Shown here piece after piece: positions 24,175 to 30,336 of a DNA stretch of 30,336 nt (within the stretch, counting starts at the first letter, position 1; every line of letters begins with the position of its first letter). Origin of the DNA: a virus (lineage: Duplodnaviria; Caudoviricetes); IMG/VR virus record IMGVR_UViG_3300002092_000138, positions 1 to 30,336 of that record; one strand, 5' to 3'. The position numbers and the translations under genes were made by a program. The notes beneath the pieces were generated by a model. The model saw nothing but the letters and a program-made list of their open reading frames with translations, had not been told where the DNA came from and searched no databases.

Positions 24175-25131
24175 ATGGTTGAGCCTGCATCTTCTCCGTT
24201 GGCACCTGCCGGTTCACAACTGGCCCCACAAGACGGACAGCAAACCCCCGCGTCGCCTTATTCACCTGCGTTCCGGTATGCCGACGCTTTCACGGCGGTT
24301 AAGGAAGGCGGCAGAACCAAGAATGACGGCACGGGGCGCGCAGCGGCTTTTGGTATTGACCAAAGGGCACACCCCGAACTTGATATTTCGAAGCTGACAC
24401 CGCAAGAGGCACAAGGCATCCGATATCAATACTGGAAGGCCATCAATGGGGATGAACTTGCCAAGATCAGCCCCAAAGCCGCCATGATTGCGTATGATAC
24501 CGCCATCATGGCCGGACCCAAAGTTGCGGTGGAATTGATACGGCGCTCCAACGGCGATCCTGCGGCCATGTATTCGGCACGCGTCAATTTTATGAATGAT
24601 CTTATCAAAAAAGATCCTGCCAAATTCGGTCCTGTGGCGGCTAACTGGGCTTCCCGTAACGACGACTTGGGTAAGGTCGCCGGCGTGATCGAGGGAAAAG
24701 CCAACATGCCCGATCTTGAGCAAATTGCTAAGAACGGTCTCTATATTCCCGGCAGTTACATGCAGGAAAAACAGACACAGCTTGCCTCGAACACCCGGGA
24801 GGAAGCGGCACGACCTCAAGGTGTTATGGACAAAATCGGTCAGGACTTTAAACAGGGTTCGGAAGACCAGAATGTCAAAAAAGCCGAACAGACGGCACCG
24901 CAAACACCAAAAATGGACCCCTTGCACCCCACAGTGGCGATGCCGCAGCAGATTGCCGAGGACAAGAACGCAAGCTATGCTCGTGCTTTAGAAAAAATCG
25001 CACAACGTCAAGCACATAACGTCCCACAGCCGACACCTGCGGTCACGCCGCCCGTTTCGACACCCCCCAAAGAATTCATGCAAGCGCCAAAAGAGGCCGA
25101 AAATGAACGACAGCCCGAACAAACTTCTTGA
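24175..25131 (+). CDS. GH108-like lysozyme with PG_binding_3-like region and low-complexity extensions
   Basis: KEGG...AFGIDQRAHPELDISKLTPQEAQGIRYQYWKAINGDEL...AYDTAIMAG; ARVNFMNDLIKKDPAKFG...NWASR. Confidence 0.8.
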   Translation: MVEPASSPLAPAGSQLAPQDGQQTPASPYSPAFRYADAFTAVKEGGRTKNDGTGRAAAFGIDQRAHPELDISKLTPQEAQGIRYQYWKAINGDELAKISPKAAMIAYDTAIMAGPKVAVELIRRSNGDPAAMYSARVNFMNDLIKKDPAKFGPVAANWASRNDDLGKVAGVIEGKANMPDLEQIAKNGLYIPGSYMQEKQTQLASNTREEAARPQGVMDKIGQDFKQGSEDQNVKKAEQTAPQTPKMDPLHPTVAMPQQIAEDKNASYARALEKIAQRQAHNVPQPTPAVTPPVSTPPKEFMQAPKEAENERQPEQTS

Positions 25132-25456
25132 TGCCCTCGATCTTGCCGCCGCTCTCCTCTTGGAAAAAGCAGGGGTCGGTGCTAGGATGGACGAGGAGAA
25201 ATCAGGAACCGCCGTCACCGTAACCGAGCAGGTTAAGGCTTTTGAGGCCGTTGTTGATTGGGCCAAAACACGAAAAGACCTGCGTCCCCCGCAGAAAGAG
25301 GAGTCACGGTTCGATGGAATCAAACGAGAGTTCAGTTCGGCGGCTGCACGTCGAGGAAATAAGTCAAAGGCCAAAAAAGCCAGCAGCGGAAGCCTTACAT
25401 CCACAGATTTCGACCCCGGAGACGACCCTGACGACAACCCAACCTACAACGCTTAA
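25103..25456 (+). CDS. Hypothetical protein
   Basis: GAGG RBS; overlaps the lysozyme end; helical N-terminal half, basic then acidic tail. Confidence 0.65.
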   Translation: MNDSPNKLLDALDLAAALLLEKAGVGARMDEEKSGTAVTVTEQVKAFEAVVDWAKTRKDLRPPQKEESRFDGIKREFSSAAARRGNKSKAKKASSGSLTSTDFDPGDDPDDNPTYNA

Positions 25457-25658
25457 TGTCGTTGTGGCGGCTTTCGCGGGTCTCGGTTACGCTCTTTCGG
25501 CCCGTGGGTTGCTGCTTTTGGCCCTGATCGGGGCTTTTGTTTTGTCTGTAATGGCGACGCTTTCCCAGACGCTTCCCTCGCTTTATGTGCTGGTCGCTTA
25601 TTGCATTTTTACAGTCATTCCCGTAGCTTATCTTGAGGTTCGTCGGAGGCAACAGTGA
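25314..25658 (+). CDS. Membrane protein with 2 TM helices (holin-like candidate); start uncertain
   Basis: GLLLLALIGAFVLSVMATL and LYVLVAYCIFTVIPVAYL, basic RRRQQ tail; GAGGAG upstream of ATG 25314. Confidence 0.6.
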   Translation: MESNESSVRRLHVEEISQRPKKPAAEALHPQISTPETTLTTTQPTTLNVVVAAFAGLGYALSARGLLLLALIGAFVLSVMATLSQTLPSLYVLVAYCIFTVIPVAYLEVRRRQQ

Positions 25659-26365
25659 GCGTCGTCCCAACAGTATCAGTTGACGGCATTGGTATTATTG
25701 GCGCAGGTCAGTTAAATGCCTATGTCATCGGCGCGTTAAACACCGCCGTCATGCGCACCGTCGTCGGTCAACCTGGTATGACGGTGTATTTACAGGGAAC
25801 CAACGTCCCCAACGATGGTGGTCAGGGTTGGTATTATTGGAATTATGCTTCTATTGCTCCTGATGACAACAGTTCAGTCATTGTTCCGAACGGCGTTGTT
25901 TTAGGTGCGTGGATCAGGCAGGCGCTAGTTATTACAAACAGTGGACCTGCCTTTAGTGCTTATTCCAACTCATCCCAATCGGTCTCAACCGGAGTTGTGG
26001 CTAAAATCAACATCAATACCAAAGAGTTTGATACCAATGCGTGCTTTGATCCCACGCAATACAGGTTTACTCCGACAACTGCCGGTTATTATCAAGTCGA
26101 TGGCAATATGCAAGCCACAGTAACTACCGGAACGCAAGTCGGGGTTTTTCTTTATAAAAACGGATCGGTGTATAAAAACGGCAGCGGTTACACGTTTGGT
26201 TCCGGTAATTTTTCAACTGCAAATGCGGTCGTGAATGCGTTGATCTACATGAACGGCACAACAGATTACATTGAGTTGTGGGGTTCCGTAACAGGAACAA
26301 CCCCTATCATTGTGTCGGGTGCTGCATTGACAAATTTTAGTGCGTTTTTGGCGCGTAATCAATAA
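25655..26365 (+). CDS. Tail fibre/spike-type protein with C1q-like C-terminal domain
   Basis: N-terminal NDGGQGWYYW...DDNSSVIVP..GAWIR tailspike head motif; PAFSAY...EFDTNACFD..YRFTPTTAGYYQV...MNGTTDYIELW C1q/TNF-like fold pattern. Confidence 0.75.
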   Translation: MSVVPTVSVDGIGIIGAGQLNAYVIGALNTAVMRTVVGQPGMTVYLQGTNVPNDGGQGWYYWNYASIAPDDNSSVIVPNGVVLGAWIRQALVITNSGPAFSAYSNSSQSVSTGVVAKININTKEFDTNACFDPTQYRFTPTTAGYYQVDGNMQATVTTGTQVGVFLYKNGSVYKNGSGYTFGSGNFSTANAVVNALIYMNGTTDYIELWGSVTGTTPIIVSGAALTNFSAFLARNQ

Positions 26366-26376
26366 GAGGCTAAACG

Positions 26377-26991
26377 ATGGCAAGAGTTGTAGGTTTTTGT
26401 GAACAGCAAGTACTCACTCCGGTATATCGAGCAGACGGAGTGGTTGCAGCCGGAGGCACGCCGCAACTCATTCTGCCGCGTGCTGCGCCTCGGTCATCGC
26501 TTTTGATCCAGAACACATCGGCGTCGGACACAATCGAGATTGAATTTGGTTGTGCCCGTGCCACCGCCACGATCTCCGGCGGTAAAGTCGTAAGTGTGAG
26601 CGTCACCAATGGCGGCTTTGGTTTTACTTACGCTCCCACTGTTGTTTTCTTGGGTGGTGGAAACATGTTGAACGGACGTGATCTTGGTTTGGGCTACCCC
26701 AACCAAGGCGCACCTTCAAATGTTGCAACCGCACATTGTATTTTGACCGCCGGAGCCGTTTCTTCCATTGTCATTGACAATCCCGGCTCTGGTTACGATT
26801 GCGCCCCTTATGTTCAACTGCTGAACGATCCGAACGATAATTACGGGTGTGCGGCACCATCGGCAGTAAGTGGGTTCAAATTGGCTCCGGGAGCGTCGCT
26901 ATATCAAGCCTATAACGTCGTAACCACCGATGCAGTTGCAGTTTATGGTCCGACAACTGGTAACTCTTGGTTCTGCCAATACACGACCTAA
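26377..26991 (+). CDS. Virion structural protein with GSGY-type beta-repeat insertion
   Basis: RSSLLIQNTS...GFKLAPGASL outer domain interrupted by VTNGGFGFTYAPTV and IDNPGSGY repeats. Confidence 0.7.
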   Translation: MARVVGFCEQQVLTPVYRADGVVAAGGTPQLILPRAAPRSSLLIQNTSASDTIEIEFGCARATATISGGKVVSVSVTNGGFGFTYAPTVVFLGGGNMLNGRDLGLGYPNQGAPSNVATAHCILTAGAVSSIVIDNPGSGYDCAPYVQLLNDPNDNYGCAAPSAVSGFKLAPGASLYQAYNVVTTDAVAVYGPTTGNSWFCQYTT

Positions 26992-27006
26992 TTTGAAAGT
27001 TGCCGC

Positions 27007-29835
27007 ATGACCGTTGATACTCGCGCCCAGCTCATAGCTCTTATCAATTCGCAGATTGTTGCGAACGGTGTTGGTGCGATCACCGGTCCCGTTTTGAACA
27101 ATGTGTTAGATACGACGGTATTTTCGTCACTGTTCAATGCGGGCACTTGGAACGCAACGGCAAGCTACTATCAATTGGATATAGTGCAATATAACGGGTC
27201 TTCGTATTTTGCACTGCAAAACAACACCAACATCCCCCCGACAAACGCTTTATATTGGACGGTGTTTGCACAAGGCGGCACAACTGGTCCAACAGGACCA
27301 ACCGGACCCACAGGTGCTCCCGGCACACCCGGCGGCCCTACTGGCCCGACAGGTGCTATGGGTCCGACCGGCCCCGGTGTCGGCGCGACTGGTCCGACCG
27401 GACCAACAGGGCCAGCGGCGCTCACAACCTATACCCGTACCAATGATACGGCGACCGCCGGTCAAACGGTATTTCCAATCACTTATTCGGTTGGCTACCT
27501 CCAAGTCTATTTGAATGGTGTGCTGCTTGACCCTGCCGATTATACGGCGTCAAACGGCACCTCGGTCACGCTGGGCGCGGCTTGTGTCGCAGGCGATCTC
27601 GTCACCTTCATCGCCATGAATTATGTCGGCGTGGGTTCGACAGGCCCGACAGGTCCAGCGGGTACCGGCGCAACAGGTCCGACCGGCAGCAATGGTCCGA
27701 CCGGACCAACGGGTTTTGGTCCGACCGGCCCGACAGGCACCGGTGGTCCCACAGGTCCGACCGGCACAGGGCCGACAGGACCAACAGGCGCGGCATCCAC
27801 AGTCCCCGGACCAACCGGCCCGACGGGCACTGGCCCAACCGGCCCGACGGGCACTGGTGGCCCCACAGGGCCAACCGGACCGACCGGCCCAACCGGATCT
27901 ATCGGCAACACCGGCACAACCGGCGCAACAGGCCCGACAGGGCCAACCGGCACCGGCCCAACCGGCCCTACCGGAGCGCAAGGTGCTGGTGGCGCGCAAG
28001 GTTATTATCTGTCGGCGTTCGATACGACCACACAGACGGTCGCAAGCATCACAACGGCACACCCTATCACCTACAATACAGTGTCCATCGGCAGTGGGGT
28101 CACAATCGCTTCCGGCAGCCGCATCACGTTTAACAATGCCGGCACATTCAATATTCAATTCAGTGCCCAGTTGGTGAACACCGACACACTCGTCCACAAC
28201 GCCGAGTTTTGGTTGCGCAAGAACGGCGTGGATGTTGCCGACACCAACCGCATCCTCAATGTTCCAAGCACGAACGCCGGCATCAACGGTGAAATTGTCG
28301 CAAGCTGGAATTTCATGCTGACGCTCGCGGCAAGTGATTATGTGGAACTCTATTGGAACGCAGCAAGCACATTGGTTTCTGTTGCAGCTTTGCCGTCGGG
28401 TTCCTCTCCGACAGCACCCGTAACGCCAAGTGTGTTGTTGACGGTTCAGCAGAATATGTACACGCAAGCCGGACCGACAGGTCCGACAGGTGCACCATCT
28501 TCTGTTGCCGGCCCCACAGGTCCAACCGGTTCAACAGGCGCAGGTATTCAGTACAAAGGTGCGGTGGCAACCGCTACCGCTTTGCCGGGCTACCCGAGTT
28601 CCTATGTAGGTGCAATCGGGGATGCTTATGTCACCACAGACAACGAGCACCTATGGATTTGGAGCGGCACAACTTGGGTGGACAATGGGGCGCTCGTCAC
28701 CATTGCTGGCCCCACCGGGCCGACCGGCCCGACTGGGCCGACCGGCAATGTTGGTTTAACCGGCTCTACCGGCCCTACTGGCCCTACTGGTCCGACCGGT
28801 GCGGCATCGAGTGTTGCCGGTCCGACAGGCCCGACAGGCCCGACGGGTCCGACAGGCTCTACAGGTGCAGCTTCGACCGTAGCAGGTCCAACCGGCCCGA
28901 CGGGCATTGGTGGCCCCACAGGGCCGACCGGAACAATCGGACCGACCGGTCCAGTCGGCGCTGGTGGGACTGTGGGTTATTGGGCAAGTATTTGGGACAC
29001 AACAACTCAAACAGCCGCAAGCACAACGACAGCTTATGTTGTTGGTTTGAATAGCATTGACGTAAACAGCTCCGGTGTCAGCGTTGTTTCCGGAAGCCAA
29101 GTCACATTTGCGAACGCCGGTGTGTATTGTGTTGAGGCATCTGTTCTGTTTGAAAACTCTGACGCGCAAGTTCAATACGGCGATTTCTGGCTTAGAATGA
29201 ACGGCACTGATGTTGCCGACTCAAACAGTCAGGCCGCAATTGTCAGCAAAAACGGGTCTGTCAACGGCGCTTATGTTCTGACGGTTCCTTTCGTTGTGAA
29301 GGTCAATGCCGGAGATTATATTCAGTTTGCTTGGAGTGTATCTGCGACAACTGTGAGGATTGCAACCCTTGCGGCAGGGACAGGTCCAACGCGTCCCGAA
29401 GCCCCCGGTGTCATCGTTACGGTTCAACAAACAACCTATACGCAGCTTGGTCCTACCGGCCCGACAGGTCCGACAGGCACTACTGGTACAACTGGTTCTG
29501 CCGGCCCGACGGGCCCTACCGGCCCGACGGGAACAACTGGCACAACGGGCTCTGCTGGCCCTACTGGTCCAACCGGCCCAACTGGAACGACCGGAACAGG
29601 GGGGCCAACTGGTCCTACTGGTACAACAGGTTCGTCTGCGAGCTTCACCCGCACTCCGATCACCGCAACAGCCGGTCAAACCTCATTCCCGGTGACTTAC
29701 ACTGTCGGCAAAATTTTGGTGTTCTTGAATGGTGTGCTTCTTGAAACTTCCGACTATACGGCCACAAGCGGAACAGCGGTTGTGCTTGGTGTGGCAGCAT
29801 CGGCTGGCGATCTGTTTGACGCCCTGACCTATTAA
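27007..29835 (+). CDS. Collagen-like (GPT)n fibre protein with multiple globular domains
   Basis: Five Gly-X-Thr tracts separated by duplicated domains; N-terminal [22 protein letters not shown] and a CBM-like [20 protein letters not shown] module. Confidence 0.88.
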   Translation: MTVDTRAQLIALINSQIVANGVGAITGPVLNNVLDTTVFSSLFNAGTWNATASYYQLDIVQYNGSSYFALQNNTNIPPTNALYWTVFAQGGTTGPTGPTGPTGAPGTPGGPTGPTGAMGPTGPGVGATGPTGPTGPAALTTYTRTNDTATAGQTVFPITYSVGYLQVYLNGVLLDPADYTASNGTSVTLGAACVAGDLVTFIAMNYVGVGSTGPTGPAGTGATGPTGSNGPTGPTGFGPTGPTGTGGPTGPTGTGPTGPTGAASTVPGPTGPTGTGPTGPTGTGGPTGPTGPTGPTGSIGNTGTTGATGPTGPTGTGPTGPTGAQGAGGAQGYYLSAFDTTTQTVASITTAHPITYNTVSIGSGVTIASGSRITFNNAGTFNIQFSAQLVNTDTLVHNAEFWLRKNGVDVADTNRILNVPSTNAGINGEIVASWNFMLTLAASDYVELYWNAASTLVSVAALPSGSSPTAPVTPSVLLTVQQNMYTQAGPTGPTGAPSSVAGPTGPTGSTGAGIQYKGAVATATALPGYPSSYVGAIGDAYVTTDNEHLWIWSGTTWVDNGALVTIAGPTGPTGPTGPTGNVGLTGSTGPTGPTGPTGAASSVAGPTGPTGPTGPTGSTGAASTVAGPTGPTGIGGPTGPTGTIGPTGPVGAGGTVGYWASIWDTTTQTAASTTTAYVVGLNSIDVNSSGVSVVSGSQVTFANAGVYCVEASVLFENSDAQVQYGDFWLRMNGTDVADSNSQAAIVSKNGSVNGAYVLTVPFVVKVNAGDYIQFAWSVSATTVRIATLAAGTGPTRPEAPGVIVTVQQTTYTQLGPTGPTGPTGTTGTTGSAGPTGPTGPTGTTGTTGSAGPTGPTGPTGTTGTGGPTGPTGTTGSSASFTRTPITATAGQTSFPVTYTVGKILVFLNGVLLETSDYTATSGTAVVLGVAASAGDLFDALTY

Positions 29836-29847
29836 CGGAGAATAAGC

Positions 29848-30252
29848 ATGTCCATTTCACGCTATCTGAGCCAATTTGCAGAACTTCTTGCTGCAAACGG
29901 GGTTATTTCTGGGTCGCTTCAATCCACAGGTAACGCTTTTATGGAAATTGACGCATTGGTTGACGGCGCAACGATCACTCCAAATTTTAGCGTTGGCAAC
30001 AATTTCTCTGTGACATTGGGCGGCAACCGCACATTGGCAAATCCGACCAATCTTAATGTAGGACAATCTGGCGTCATTTATATTACGCAAGATGCAACTG
30101 GTAGTCGCACACTTGCTTATGGAACATATTGGAAATTTCCGGGTGGTGCGGCTCCGACATTAACAACGACCGCCAACGCTGTTGATGCCCTTACTTACAC
30201 TGTGCGCACGACCACAAGCATTACTGTTACCTCCATTTTGAACATTGGGTGA
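29848..30252 (+). CDS. Tail fibre-associated structural protein
   Basis: NNFSVTLGGNRTLANPTNLNVGQSGVIYITQDATGSRTLAYGTYWKFPGGAAPTLTTTANAVD, a motif common in phage fibre regions; GGAG RBS. Confidence 0.75.
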   Translation: MSISRYLSQFAELLAANGVISGSLQSTGNAFMEIDALVDGATITPNFSVGNNFSVTLGGNRTLANPTNLNVGQSGVIYITQDATGSRTLAYGTYWKFPGGAAPTLTTTANAVDALTYTVRTTTSITVTSILNIG

Positions 30253-30255
30253 TCC

Positions 30256-30336
30256 ATGGCACTTCCTGTTGAGATCAATCCTTTAGAAATGGGTTCTATT
30301 ACAAGTGGCTATCAGATAAGCCGCAGCGTTCGCTTG
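30256..30336 (+). CDS. 5' fragment of the next tail gene (possibly LamG/ConA-like)
   Basis: MALPVEINPLEMGSITSGYQISRSVRL runs off the window; YQISRS.R is a frequent N-terminal motif of phage lectin-like tail proteins. Confidence 0.5.
   Translation, partial: MALPVEINPLEMGSITSGYQISRSVRL

Noticed and set aside
27286-29635. GGNCCNACN repeats as a CRISPR array or non-coding satellite
   Set aside because: 9-bp period with wobble-position variation encoding Gly-Pro-Thr; no repeat-spacer structure
1-30336. Alternative genetic code
   Set aside because: Genes pack tightly under the standard bacterial code, and TAA, TGA and TAG all occur as plausible stops

Overview
This window is the packaging, head, tail and ejection region of a tailed dsDNA phage or prophage with podovirus (P22-like) organisation. 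A Gram-negative, possibly alphaproteobacterial, host is an inference only. Left end (1-4.6 kb), accessory block: small serine resolvase/invertase with a res-like site, two tandem paralogues with an internal 117-bp duplication, an Acb2/Tad1-like putative anti-defence sponge, small Lys-rich proteins, a DXD glycosyltransferase, an RHH regulator and a J-domain protein. Next come the terminase large subunit and a P22-like portal gene, the only credible minus-strand gene. The portal is divergent from the head operon across a structured intergenic region that encodes an unannotated 21-aa basic peptide. After that: scaffold, major capsid, decoration-like protein, terminator, adaptor, a nozzle carrying a ~390-aa repeat insertion, a GNAT, three ejection-type proteins, a GH108-like lysozyme, a 2-TM protein and several fibre genes, including a collagen-like fibre with mirror-symmetric domain order. 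No tRNA, rRNA, CRISPR array, tape measure or reverse transcriptase was seen. All calls come from motif recognition and synteny; no database searches were run.
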